This document shows, piece by piece, positions 45,109-55,250 of a DNA stretch of 64,000 nt. The stretch spans positions 160,001-224,000 of the IMG/VR virus record IMGVR_UViG_3300013212_000088; one strand, written 5' to 3'. The notes under the pieces are model-generated. The model did no database searches. It saw only the letters and a program-made list of their open reading frames with translations, and was not told where the DNA came from. The stretch comes from a virus (lineage: Duplodnaviria > Caudoviricetes). How positions within the stretch are numbered: the first letter of the stretch is position 1; each line of letters opens with the position of its first letter. Both the position numbers and the translations under genes were made by a program.

Positions 45109-46908
45109 TTATTTTACATGAGGTTTAATATCAACAGTTGTCAACGTTAAACTCTTTCTACCTTGCCAATCATCAATTGACATAGTGAATGCTAAATCAA
45201 TTAAGGATCCCTCTTTTAAGTGTTCAGCTAAATAGCCTTTTCTCCAAGCATTTACATTGATCCACTGTTTTGAGTCTGGATCAGAAACTTTTAATTTAAG
45301 ATGCTTGCCACTTGTCAGAGTTTTAGTTTCTACAATTTTAAGTTTAGTACAAACAAAAATTGGAGTTTCATTTCCTGATCCAAATGGTGAGAGCCTAGTT
45401 AATTGACCAAAAACCTTTTCATTAATATCACCAGGTTCTATTCTTGAATCAAAATCAATGACTTTTACTCCTGATAACTGTCCAATAATGTCTGAAGCAT
45501 ATTCGTTCAAAGCTTCTCTCATTGCAGGAATATTATCAATTGCAAGTTCAAAACCAGCAGCAAAAGCATGACCACCACACACAGTAGAACCATCTGATCT
45601 CTTCTTAAATAATGCCCAAGCCTTCTCAGACTTTAAAGCATTCAAAATATTGAAATCTCTTAATGATCTACAAGAACCTTTAGCATATCCATCATCTTTA
45701 AATGAACATACAAGAGTTGGCTTATTAAACTTTTCAACCAACTTGCCAGCAATCAACCCTATCAATCCTGGGTGCCATTCTTTTTGACCAACAACAAGGA
45801 TATAAGTGTTAGGCAGATCAAAGTTTTGTTCTACATAAGCAATAGCATCTTCGACAGCTTTTTCTTGCTCTAATTGTCTTTTTCTATTTGCGTTATCCAG
45901 CTCTTTTGCCAACTTTTCTGCTCTTATTTGACTTGTTTCTAATAAGAGATCTAAAGCTGTTCCTGCATCAGCTAAACGTCCAATAGCATTAATTCTTGGG
46001 CCTAACTGAAAACCAATACTAAACGTATCAACTTCTTTTACACCAGCAATTTTAAGTAACTGTTGGATGCCAGGTTTCGATGTATTGGATAGCCTTTGAC
46101 AACCATAAGCAACCATAGCCTTGTTTTCATCAAGCATAGGAGCAACGTCAGCAACAGTTCCTAGGGCTACGTATTCAATCAATTCATCAATCATCTCTCT
46201 AACATCATAACCACGTTCTTTTGCTAGAGCTAACATGACTTTAAACGCAATTCCAACACCAGCAAGAGCATCAAAAGGATATCTTACAAAATCTTTATTG
46301 GAATCATTGGTAAATAAATGTCCTGGATAATTTGGATCATCTCTATTAGGATTTACTACACCTATACAATCAGGAATCTTGCCATCTTCTGAAGGGTGGT
46401 GGTGATCTGTAATAATCAAATCAAGTCCGCATGTTTTAGCATATGCAGCAGTTTCAAAAGCAACAATTCCACAGTCAACAGAAAATAATAATTGTGCTTC
46501 TGCCTTAATTGCTTCATCAACAGAATGTACTTTTATGTCATAACCGTCTTCCATTCTGTGAGGGACTTTATAAACTAGATTAGCTTTCATTTTGCGAAGA
46601 GCAGTAACTACCACTGATGTTGCAGTAATTCCGTCAACATCATAATCTCCCCAGACAAATATCTTCTCATTGTTATCTATAGCTTTATTCAAACGTGCTA
46701 AAACTGGTCGAATATCAGGGAGTAAGAATGGGTTTCGTAAAGCACTTATATCAGTCTTACAAAACTTCTCAACTTCTTTTACATCTTTCAAGCCTCTACC
46801 AGCAAGAATATTAGATATAGGTGTGGCTATTGATAAGTCTTCTGCCAATTGAGCTGAGACTTGTCTATCAAACTTTTTTAACTTCCAAACATTTTCAAAT
46901 TCTTGCAT
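45109..46908 (-). CDS. recJ: RecJ ssDNA exonuclease (DHH/DHHA1)
   Basis: WGDYDVDG, SVDCG, TDHH, GTVADV, GPRINAIGRL, KGSCRS, GGHAFAAG. Confidence 0.95.
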   Translation of the reverse strand: MQEFENVWKLKKFDRQVSAQLAEDLSIATPISNILAGRGLKDVKEVEKFCKTDISALRNPFLLPDIRPVLARLNKAIDNNEKIFVWGDYDVDGITATSVVVTALRKMKANLVYKVPHRMEDGYDIKVHSVDEAIKAEAQLLFSVDCGIVAFETAAYAKTCGLDLIITDHHHPSEDGKIPDCIGVVNPNRDDPNYPGHLFTNDSNKDFVRYPFDALAGVGIAFKVMLALAKERGYDVREMIDELIEYVALGTVADVAPMLDENKAMVAYGCQRLSNTSKPGIQQLLKIAGVKEVDTFSIGFQLGPRINAIGRLADAGTALDLLLETSQIRAEKLAKELDNANRKRQLEQEKAVEDAIAYVEQNFDLPNTYILVVGQKEWHPGLIGLIAGKLVEKFNKPTLVCSFKDDGYAKGSCRSLRDFNILNALKSEKAWALFKKRSDGSTVCGGHAFAAGFELAIDNIPAMREALNEYASDIIGQLSGVKVIDFDSRIEPGDINEKVFGQLTRLSPFGSGNETPIFVCTKLKIVETKTLTSGKHLKLKVSDPDSKQWINVNAWRKGYLAEHLKEGSLIDLAFTMSIDDWQGRKSLTLTTVDIKPHVK

Positions 46909-46909
46909 T

Positions 46910-47689
46910 TTAACTCGCTAATATATTCAAATAAGGTGAATCACTGTTAAGCAATTCTTTGGTGGCATTTATTAGATTTTCTGGGCCGTATTCTATCACA
47001 AAATCATCTGGGTCACACTTTTCAGGTAGATATAAACTCTTCCCAATAAAATTGTTTTCTGAAAGTTTTTGAAATATCTTGTCAGTGGCTAATTTACCAG
47101 CGATATCTCCATCTAATAACAAAACAATTCTGTTGCAATATCTATAAAGTAAAGCTAAATGAAAATCAGATAAAGCTGTTCCACATAAGGCAACAACATT
47201 ATTTATGCCATTTTGTCTAAGAACCAAAACATCAAAATAACCTTCAACAATATAAACAAAATTACTTTCACGGATATATTCTTTTGCTTTATCTAAATTA
47301 AATAAATGCTTAGACTTTTGATAGGGTTCATTTATCCACTTACCTTTCATCCATTTAGAAATCCTATCATCTGCTTTTGAAGGTTCGTAGCTATAAGTGT
47401 CCCAGAAAGATTTTATAGTTAGTTCAATATAATCAGGTAATTGCCTTCCTGCTAAAGCTATCAATCTTCCATGAACATCTCTAATAGGAACAATTACTCT
47501 GCCTCTGAGCAATGGAAAAACATATCTAGAATATGGAGGGCAAAAACCCAAATCATTAGTTTCTAAATGACAGAGATTAAGGTTTCTAGATTTAATATAT
47601 TTTTTAACAGTTTCATTTTCAATCAATTCCCTTGCAAATTGATTGAAAATAGTAGATCTAGATAAATCTTCCATAGTTAATTTTACCAT
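46910..47689 (-). CDS. dnaG: DnaG primase catalytic core (TOPRIM) without a Zn-binding domain
   Basis: RGRVIVPI, LAGR, WINEP, LFNL, VEGYFD, ALCGT, LDGDIAG, KCDPDD. Confidence 0.88.
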   Translation of the reverse strand: MVKLTMEDLSRSTIFNQFARELIENETVKKYIKSRNLNLCHLETNDLGFCPPYSRYVFPLLRGRVIVPIRDVHGRLIALAGRQLPDYIELTIKSFWDTYSYEPSKADDRISKWMKGKWINEPYQKSKHLFNLDKAKEYIRESNFVYIVEGYFDVLVLRQNGINNVVALCGTALSDFHLALLYRYCNRIVLLLDGDIAGKLATDKIFQKLSENNFIGKSLYLPEKCDPDDFVIEYGPENLINATKELLNSDSPYLNILAS

Positions 47690-47693
47690 TCAA

Positions 47694-47726
47694 AAAAGAA
47701 GGTGCAGATTTCTCTACACCTCTTTT
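47694..47726 (-). terminator. Terminator after recA
   Basis: Imperfect stem AGGTG...CACCT with a GAAA loop on the minus strand and a U-tract. Confidence 0.55.
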
Positions 47727-47727
47727 A

Positions 47728-48966
47728 TTAAACTAGCTTTGCAATATCTTCTAAACTTAGTCCAACATCATCATCATCGTCATCATCATCTTCATTAAGA
47801 TCAGGATTAGATTCATCTGCTGGTGGCCCTTTAATAATTGCAGCTGTTAGATCTGCAAGAGGCTTGCCTACTACTTTAATTCTTCCACAGATGTATTCAA
47901 AAGCTGTGGCTGAATTATCTCCACGAGTTTTCTTTTCAGGAGCTGGTTGTTTTTGAAGAAGTTTGCAGAACTCATATGGATCTTTAGTTTCTAATACTTC
48001 ACCAGTGTTAGGGCAGACATAGCTGAACTTCTTTCGAATTTCCTTGATGTATTCAAAACCCTTAGCCTTAGCCTTAAATAAAAACTCGTCTACTAGATTT
48101 GTTGTTTCATCATTAGTAAACATAATTTTAAACTCGCCTATTTGACCAGGCTGTCCATATCGAGTTTTCATAACAACAATTTTGGATTTACCACCAATGA
48201 TAACATCTTTGCCTTCAGCATCCTTTTTGGTTACTTGGCCAGCTGCACCATTAATTTTGTTAATCCACAGCCTCATATGGGTAAAGTAATTCATTGCATT
48301 ACCACCTGTAGCTGTCTTTGCCATTGTTCCAGGCATAGCTCCAGCACCCATATATAGTTGGTTAATTAAAACAACAATCGTTCCAGTTGATGCTGTTTTT
48401 GCAGTTAGATCTTTAGCTAACCTCTTGACAAATCTTGCATGAAGACCAATTGTCTGAACTTGTTCAAGAGTTTTAGCAAGTTCATCCTGAGGAATCATTG
48501 CCGAAATGGAGTCAACTACAATTAATCCATATTCTCCACTCTCAACAAAAAACTTTATCAACTCACCATACTTTTCAGCAGAGCCAACATTTTCAACAAG
48601 TAATAACTTGGAAATATCAACTCCACAAGAAATTGCCCTTGGTGGATAATAGCTGTTCTCAATGTTAAAGAAAGCACAAGCCTTTCCTTTTTCCTGGGCT
48701 TGAGCAATTAGCTTATAAGCAAGCCAAGTCTTTCCTGATTGAGATTCACCACAGAACTCTACCAAGGTTCCAGTAGGAATACCCATACCTTCGCCCAAGA
48801 TGGCATCAACCTCAAAAACACCAGTAGAAATAAATTCAGCTGGTTCTTGTTCCCCGTTTGTAACGGCTTTTTCATCAATTCCTAATGACTTAAGCTTTTG
48901 TTTTAAAAGCTTTTGATGCTCATTAGAAATCATGCTCAAATTGTCTGATTCGCTTTTTCTTGCCAT
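47728..48966 (-). CDS. recA: RecA/UvsX-family recombinase
   Basis: GESQSGKT, VVDSI, LINQL, ATGGNA, K..KTRYG. Confidence 0.9.
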   Translation of the reverse strand: MARKSESDNLSMISNEHQKLLKQKLKSLGIDEKAVTNGEQEPAEFISTGVFEVDAILGEGMGIPTGTLVEFCGESQSGKTWLAYKLIAQAQEKGKACAFFNIENSYYPPRAISCGVDISKLLLVENVGSAEKYGELIKFFVESGEYGLIVVDSISAMIPQDELAKTLEQVQTIGLHARFVKRLAKDLTAKTASTGTIVVLINQLYMGAGAMPGTMAKTATGGNAMNYFTHMRLWINKINGAAGQVTKKDAEGKDVIIGGKSKIVVMKTRYGQPGQIGEFKIMFTNDETTNLVDEFLFKAKAKGFEYIKEIRKKFSYVCPNTGEVLETKDPYEFCKLLQKQPAPEKKTRGDNSATAFEYICGRIKVVGKPLADLTAAIIKGPPADESNPDLNEDDDDDDDDVGLSLEDIAKLV

Positions 48967-48979
48967 TTTATTCCTTAAA

Positions 48980-49007
48980 AATCAGGATGGCCTGAGCCAT
49001 CCTGATT
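48980..49007 (-). terminator. Strong terminator between ssb and recA
   Basis: AATCAGGATGGC-CTGA-GCCATCCTGATT, perfect 12-bp stem. Confidence 0.8.
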
Positions 49008-49014
49008 GATTAAA

Positions 49015-49983
49015 TTAAGACCAGCTATCGATGTCATCTTCAGCATCAGCGTCTTCTTCAAAGACTGGTGCTGGCTTAGGAGCAGCAGCCTTCTTCACAG
49101 GCTTTACTGGCTCTTCTACATCTTCATCATTAAAGGTCTCAACCTTAGGAGGCTTAACCACAAATGTAGTGGTCTCAGGCTCTGAACGTGAGTAGTCATT
49201 TGAATTAGCTGTTCTAATTGGCGTATGCTTGAAGATCTTTGAGAGATCGAAGCCATATGCAAAGTAGTCTTCCCATGGTGGCATAGATGGATCACTCTTG
49301 GCTTCCTTTTCGTACTTAAAACGCTCAGTCTTAAGTTCGTCAGCAGATGGCTCTCCAGCCTTGCGAAGCATTTCAAGCATTTCATCTGTAATTTTGATAG
49401 TCTTAACAGATGAAACATTTACTTCATATTCAACTGACTTAGGAGCTGGTTGACCAGTGGCATTTGCTGTAATTCTAACTGGGAAAGAATTACGAGTTCC
49501 AAGGTGGAAAATGAAAGCATTGCGCTCATCTTCATCGAGGTCTTCCATATCCTTAAGGCGACCATTCTGCCACTTTGCCAATTCCTGGAAAATAGACTTA
49601 CCCTTCTTGAGGACCTTAGGCACCCAAGTACCATCTTCTTGCTGCTCAAGACAATTTTGAGCAAACTGAAGCGAAGAGATATAACCCATCTTCTTCCAAG
49701 GGCATTGATCAGGATCATCATGACCAATTCGGGTCATAGACTTATTGATTTCTGCATCAGGAAAAGGAAGCTTCTGAGTCTTGCCCTTCTGACCTGGAAC
49801 ATAGACCTTGTCTTGATACTCAAGAAAAACTACAGGGTCACCAACGAGACGGAGCTTGCGCTCTACTTTAGGGCTGTCTCTGACAGACAGATTAACGAGG
49901 ATTTCTCCAAGCTTCGGGAATGACGATGAAGAAGTTAGTGGCTTCATATTCATCATCTGGGCAGTTGACATTCGTCTAAGCAT
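49015..49983 (-). CDS. Putative phage ssDNA-binding protein (gp32-like)
   Basis: RKLRLVG, QCP, KVLKKGKSIF, acidic tail EEDADAEDDIDSWS; next to recA; high-expression codons. Start at ATG 49983 after a GGAG SD. Confidence 0.7.
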   Translation of the reverse strand: MLRRMSTAQMMNMKPLTSSSSFPKLGEILVNLSVRDSPKVERKLRLVGDPVVFLEYQDKVYVPGQKGKTQKLPFPDAEINKSMTRIGHDDPDQCPWKKMGYISSLQFAQNCLEQQEDGTWVPKVLKKGKSIFQELAKWQNGRLKDMEDLDEDERNAFIFHLGTRNSFPVRITANATGQPAPKSVEYEVNVSSVKTIKITDEMLEMLRKAGEPSADELKTERFKYEKEAKSDPSMPPWEDYFAYGFDLSKIFKHTPIRTANSNDYSRSEPETTTFVVKPPKVETFNDEDVEEPVKPVKKAAAPKPAPVFEEDADAEDDIDSWS

Positions 49984-50073
49984 TTTAATTTTCTCCAAGA
50001 GGGAGTACTATTGACTCCACTGTTTTAAGTTTATTGTATTTTTTGATATTTCGCAAGGACTAATTGAAATAAT

Positions 50074-50799
50074 TTATAATCTATTATTTCGGGTTTTAAT
50101 CCCTACTTGATCGGCTTTTCTGATCATACCTTTTGGGCCATCAGATTCAACAGCAGAGTTATAAAAATTACTCATACCTTCACTGTTGAAGTTTTGATTA
50201 ATACGAGCAAGATTTTGTCTTTCACGCATTAATCTTTCCAATTGAACAGCACCGAAGTCAATGTTCTTTTGGACATTTTCAAGATACGTTAAGCATCTTT
50301 TAGCTACAGTTACCTTGTGTAAAAATGGTTGAACAGTAAAAGTAGCAATTGCATCTTTATCATGTTTTGGACCATTTGCCAACTTTACAGCCATTTCTTT
50401 TAATGATTTGTGAGCATTGGACAGTAATTCATGATGCGCATTTACTACATCAATCCACTGAACTAAATATGATCTATATTGTATCATTCTTGCATAAGAT
50501 GTTGACAACATATCAAAACTAAAATTATCATGTTTTGGAATTGAAAAATCCCAAGCATTCATTTCATTTTTTAATTTAGATTCAGTGAAAGGAGGAAGGC
50601 TGCCAATTACTTGCTGCCACATTTCTACTTCTTCTTTAAACTTTTCTTCGTCAATTCCGCTTAAACGATTGACAATATTATGCGAAAAGCTATCTGCACT
50701 TATATCAAAAGGATCGTTTTGTGGAGCCCATTTAATATCAGCTAGAAGTAAATGTGAGTCATTATTCTCTTCTATTTCATCATCAAAAAAATCGCTCAT
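50074..50799 (-). CDS. Helical hypothetical protein (possible UvsY-like recombination mediator)
   Basis: Coiled-coil C-terminal half; position beside ssb and recA. Confidence 0.4.
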   Translation of the reverse strand: MSDFFDDEIEENNDSHLLLADIKWAPQNDPFDISADSFSHNIVNRLSGIDEEKFKEEVEMWQQVIGSLPPFTESKLKNEMNAWDFSIPKHDNFSFDMLSTSYARMIQYRSYLVQWIDVVNAHHELLSNAHKSLKEMAVKLANGPKHDKDAIATFTVQPFLHKVTVAKRCLTYLENVQKNIDFGAVQLERLMRERQNLARINQNFNSEGMSNFYNSAVESDGPKGMIRKADQVGIKTRNNRL

Positions 50800-50807
50800 A
50801 ATATTCC

Positions 50808-53800
50808 TCAATCAAATAAGTCATCAGAAATTAAACTTTTGATATTGCCTCTAAGTTTGATTGGTTGACGAACTTTATTTGTTCTATTTCTCTCAATTAT
50901 AACATCACTTTCATCAATTTGAAATGCTTCTGTTAAAGAAATAGCTGGCTTGAATTTCTTTTTAGCCTCTCTTGCAATTCTTTTATCTTCTTCACTTCTT
51001 TCTGCTACAAGAGAGTCGTAGTATTCCATAAAGTCTTCAACTAATTCATATCCATGAGAGTCTGGAAGGCAATACAGTGCTCCTGAAAAAGCTAAAGCAT
51101 CTACCATACCTCTGTTAGGTCTAGCTCTCATACAAAGGTCTTTACAGTCAACATACGGCTGATGGATAATTATATCTTCTGCTCTTGCTCCTACTCCCTT
51201 AATTGAAGACAAAGGAAGCATGATCTCATTATTACTATTAACAAGAGTTATCAATCCAGATTCATTTACATTTGCATTTTTGATAACAATTCTTTCCATA
51301 GAGCATTCTTTTTTAAGCATAGCAACTTTATCTTCATCATCTTTTGCCAGATGAATACAAGTAGCTAACCACTCATGAGGATAGTAATAACGAAGCCAAG
51401 CAGTCCAGAAAGACAGAATTGCATATGAACAAGCATGGGATCTATTAAAAGCATAACCTACGAACTTAGACATCAAGCTTAAAACAGAATCTACTGCCTT
51501 TTCATCAACGCCCCTGGCTAAAGACTTTTGTTTAAATAAATCAGTTACTTCAGCAAACAATTTGTCATTTTTTTTAGAAATAGCCTTACGGAGTTTATCT
51601 ACCTCATTATGATCAAATCCAGCCATATCACGAGCTAATTGCATTCCTTGTTCTTGATAAACCATAATGCTATATGTAACTTCGAGATGTTTTTTAACAA
51701 TTGGGTCTACATAATGAACTGCAGATGGATTCATTTTGCCTTCAGCATATGTGTCAATGTATTCTAACGGTCCTGGTCTATACAAAGAAACAACAGCAAT
51801 TAAGTCTTCCATGCTTGATGCGTTTACTTTTCTAAGCGCTTCTTGCATACCTCTTGAAGCAAATTGAAAGACAGAAGCAGTTTTCCCCTTAGCATATATA
51901 TTTTTGTAAATCTTTGGATCTTCTAAATCGATATCCTTTCTTACATCAATATCAACGCCTCTGCGCTCTTTGATCATTTTTATAGTGTTGGCAATTTGAG
52001 TGAAAGTGTTAAGTCCAAGGTAGTCATATTTTACTAAACCTACCCTTTCAACATTGAACATATCAAAGCCAGAACACAAGTTGCCTTTTGAGTTTTCAAT
52101 TGGAGCATGTTGACTTACAGGGTCTCCACAAATAATTACACCAGCAGCATGAACAGAGAAGTTAGAGATAGTGCCAACAAGTTGTTTAGCAATGTCAATT
52201 TCTTCTTTCCAGAATCTATAGTGGTTAGCAAATTCAGAACTATCTTTAAGCGCAGTATCAATTGTAATATCAGGAACCTTAGGAATAGAGCCAGACACTT
52301 TTAAAGCTTCATGATGTACTTGTGATCCATATTTTTCAATAAATCTTTCAGATGTCTTCAAAGCCCCAACAACTGCTGCTTTTGCACCATATGTACCCCA
52401 AGCACCAATTTGAGCAACATGATCAGCTCCAAATCTTCCCACAGCCCAATCGATAACTTCAGATCTACGTGATGCATCAATATCTGTATCAACGTCAGGA
52501 AGAGTTGCTACCTTAGATATAATTAACTCACCTTCTGGCTCTTTTTCGCAAATGCCTAGTATATGAGCAGTCCAAAGGTTACTGTCATTATGTTTTGATT
52601 TAATACCCTTATTAGCCAAGTCACAAACATATGATGCAAGACCTTGATTTTCTAAAACCCAAATCTCTTTTAATATATCTGGCTCATGTTTTGCATATTC
52701 AAGATTTTCACCAAGCCAAGTCTTGCATGCTTTTGTGATTGCTTTTGAATATGCAACTTGATCTTGCTTACCTTTATCAGCCAGCCACATTTTTGATGGA
52801 TAGTCATAGATGTCAATTTGGTATTGAGTTCCACGACCAGGATTCAAAAAGCGCTCAAACATCAAGTTCCATCGAATTGGATCAACAGAAGAAACATCTA
52901 AACAATAATTTACAAGTGAACCAACTCCAGATCCACGAATCCCATAGTAAATATTTTGGGACTTCATAAAAGCGACCATTTCGTTTTGGATAAGGAAGTA
53001 GTCAGTTACACCCATGTACCAGATCTGAGATAATTCAGACCTAAGCCTTTTCATATATTCTTTGTTTTTATCAAGACCAAGATTCTTTAATCCAGAAAAT
53101 GCACGGTAAGCTAAATATGCTTCATTTGCACTGTTATATGCCAAATTACTCTTCCAAAATGTCTTAAACTCTGGGTCATTTATTGGAATGTTTGCTTTAG
53201 GAAGAATGTGTTCTACATCTATCTTGAAGAAATCATCTACCATTTCTGAAATGAGAACACTATTTTTAAGTGCTGCAGGAACGGTGGAAAAAATCTTATT
53301 CATTTCCTCATAAGATTTTAGCCAGAATTGGTGTGTGCCATAAGCTTCTTTCTTGCCATTCTTTTTTGCAACACCGGAAGAAGCTTCTCTCTGATCTCTC
53401 ATTTGAATTAAGACATCATGTAATCTCCAGTCAAGCTTATCTAAATAGTGAACGTCATTGGAAGCACATAAAGGGATATCATATTTATTAGCTATATTAA
53501 TTAAATGGTTGAGGTTATTCTTTTGCTCATCAATTCCATGATATTGAAGCTCCATAAAGTATCTATCACCAAAGACATTTTTAAATCTTTGCGCAACAGT
53601 TTCAGCATGTTCTATATCTTGCTTCATTAATGCTTGATTTACTTCAGAAGCTAAACAACCTGAAAGGGCTATAACTCCTTCTGAATGCTCTTGAATGCAG
53701 CCCCAATCAATACGAGGAGAATAGTAGAATGCGTTTGGATCATTGCCAAGAGCTGACAGTGCAAGAAGATTTCTATAGCCAGTTTCATTCTGTGCTAAAA

Positions 53801-54104
53801 GTGTAAGATGGTTTAATTTTCGTCTCTTTCCATCTTCAGTTTTAGACTTATCAAATCTATCTTCACAGGTATAGACTTCAATTCCAATGATAGGCTTAAT
53901 TGCAGCTACATTATCAATAGGATTTCTGCAGCCATTGACAAACTCTACTGTTCCAGACATTTTTCCATGGTCAGTAATAGCAGTAGCACGAAAACCCATT
54001 TCTCTTGCTTTTTTGGCATAATTTGTAGGGGATGGCAAAGCATCTTGAACCGAGAAATGGGTGTGGGCATGTAAATGCACAAAGTCTTTATTTGAACTAC
54101 ACAT
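50808..54104 (-). CDS. dnaE: DNA polymerase III alpha subunit (C family)
   Basis: PHP HLHAHT, TDHG, NDVH; RGSG; FERFLNP; PDVDTD; HAAG; KYDYLGL; YQEQ; YAFNRSHA. Confidence 0.96.
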   Translation of the reverse strand: MCSSNKDFVHLHAHTHFSVQDALPSPTNYAKKAREMGFRATAITDHGKMSGTVEFVNGCRNPIDNVAAIKPIIGIEVYTCEDRFDKSKTEDGKRRKLNHLTLLAQNETGYRNLLALSALGNDPNAFYYSPRIDWGCIQEHSEGVIALSGCLASEVNQALMKQDIEHAETVAQRFKNVFGDRYFMELQYHGIDEQKNNLNHLINIANKYDIPLCASNDVHYLDKLDWRLHDVLIQMRDQREASSGVAKKNGKKEAYGTHQFWLKSYEEMNKIFSTVPAALKNSVLISEMVDDFFKIDVEHILPKANIPINDPEFKTFWKSNLAYNSANEAYLAYRAFSGLKNLGLDKNKEYMKRLRSELSQIWYMGVTDYFLIQNEMVAFMKSQNIYYGIRGSGVGSLVNYCLDVSSVDPIRWNLMFERFLNPGRGTQYQIDIYDYPSKMWLADKGKQDQVAYSKAITKACKTWLGENLEYAKHEPDILKEIWVLENQGLASYVCDLANKGIKSKHNDSNLWTAHILGICEKEPEGELIISKVATLPDVDTDIDASRRSEVIDWAVGRFGADHVAQIGAWGTYGAKAAVVGALKTSERFIEKYGSQVHHEALKVSGSIPKVPDITIDTALKDSSEFANHYRFWKEEIDIAKQLVGTISNFSVHAAGVIICGDPVSQHAPIENSKGNLCSGFDMFNVERVGLVKYDYLGLNTFTQIANTIKMIKERRGVDIDVRKDIDLEDPKIYKNIYAKGKTASVFQFASRGMQEALRKVNASSMEDLIAVVSLYRPGPLEYIDTYAEGKMNPSAVHYVDPIVKKHLEVTYSIMVYQEQGMQLARDMAGFDHNEVDKLRKAISKKNDKLFAEVTDLFKQKSLARGVDEKAVDSVLSLMSKFVGYAFNRSHACSYAILSFWTAWLRYYYPHEWLATCIHLAKDDEDKVAMLKKECSMERIVIKNANVNESGLITLVNSNNEIMLPLSSIKGVGARAEDIIIHQPYVDCKDLCMRARPNRGMVDALAFSGALYCLPDSHGYELVEDFMEYYDSLVAERSEEDKRIAREAKKKFKPAISLTEAFQIDESDVIIERNRTNKVRQPIKLRGNIKSLISDDLFD

Positions 54105-54151
54105 TTTAACTCCTTACTAGCGCCATCAAAGATAGTCATTCACTAGTTGTT

Positions 54152-54988
54152 TTAAATGGTTCTTAATTTTATTAAGTTTTTAGAATCTGAAGTTTTCCAT
54201 TCAGTATTCTTGTGTTTATGATACCTTGCCGGAAGTAATAGTTCAAAGTTCTTCTGAACTGTTTTACTCAAAATATCAGGACGGCATTTAAGCGGTAATC
54301 TATCAAAATCTTTAATTATATAAGAATTAGGCAGTTGCTTAATCATAAAATAATTGTTGTCAATCTTTTTAATTTTGTATGCAGCTGAATTATCTTGAAT
54401 TGATTTTGATGCCATAACCCCAAGAATGTTTTTAGAAACGGAAACTTTTTCAGTGTTAGTTTTATATTCTAAAAATGCACACTCTTTGATTGCATTTCTT
54501 ACTGTATTTTCACTTTGACCTATATTTTCTTGAATTGAGGCTAAGCTGATTGGTCTATGATCTACATACCGACCTGCAACACAACCAATTAGAAGATTTT
54601 TGATATTTTTGCTATTCTTATATCCATTTGCATTAAAGTAAGTGAATGGAATAACAACAGGTTCAGAACGAGCAATTTTTGGAGAAAGCCTTAGTACTAT
54701 CTGCTTAAAACTGAATAAACCAACAGTTTTACAGCCATTTTTACCTTTAGGCTCTCTCCAGTATTTTCCAATGCCCTTATTAATTTTTGAATAGGCGAAA
54801 GTGCTTTTCAATCCTAATACTTTTTCACAAAGCTTTAAGATATCACCCATCCATATAATTCCAGAGCCAGAAGAATCTATTTTTTTAAGAATACTCCAGA
54901 TAATAAAAATATCTGATTCATTATTCTTTAAAGCTTCTGCAGCAAGTTCTGGATAAAGTATTAAACAATTACAAGTCTGAATTCTCAT
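54152..54988 (-). CDS. Hypothetical protein with HTH (possible replication initiator/regulator)
   Basis: ISLASIQENIGQSENTVRNAIKE is HTH-like. Confidence 0.5.
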   Translation of the reverse strand: MRIQTCNCLILYPELAAEALKNNESDIFIIWSILKKIDSSGSGIIWMGDILKLCEKVLGLKSTFAYSKINKGIGKYWREPKGKNGCKTVGLFSFKQIVLRLSPKIARSEPVVIPFTYFNANGYKNSKNIKNLLIGCVAGRYVDHRPISLASIQENIGQSENTVRNAIKECAFLEYKTNTEKVSVSKNILGVMASKSIQDNSAAYKIKKIDNNYFMIKQLPNSYIIKDFDRLPLKCRPDILSKTVQKNFELLLPARYHKHKNTEWKTSDSKNLIKLRTI

Positions 54989-55250
54989 TTTGCACTAAGT
55001 TCCAAACGTAAGCCAAGCGTTCAATCTCTCGTTCCGCTCCAGCTCTTACTAGGAACTTAACTATATCAGATTCACTTAAATTAGGGTAGGCATTAGAAAG
55101 TAAAGATTTTGCAAAGTAAAATCTCTTAGCACCTTTACCAGTTAAAATTACATTGACAGCCACTTCTTTGGGGCAGTTTTTCATTGCCTTACTTAACTGT
55201 TCTGTTATCTCTGAAACTGGCGGCTTTTCCCAAATATCTTTTTCATCCAT
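54969..55250 (-). CDS. Small DNA-binding protein (ribbon-helix-helix-like)
   Basis: VNVILT strand followed by two helices (SESDIVKFLV). Confidence 0.4.
   Translation of the reverse strand: MDEKDIWEKPPVSEITEQLSKAMKNCPKEVAVNVILTGKGAKRFYFAKSLLSNAYPNLSESDIVKFLVRAGAEREIERLAYVWNLVQNENSDL

Noticed and set aside
50030-50060. Canonical sigma70 promoter for ssb (TTGCGA...TACAAT)
   Set aside because: The spacer is only 12 nt, too short for a standard -35/-10 pair, so it was not called.
27604-54104. Inteins or introns in terL, nrdA, recA, dnaE
   Set aside because: The inserts in terL and dnaE lack C/S-start and HN-end splicing motifs and LAGLIDADG blocks. nrdA and recA have normal uninterrupted lengths.
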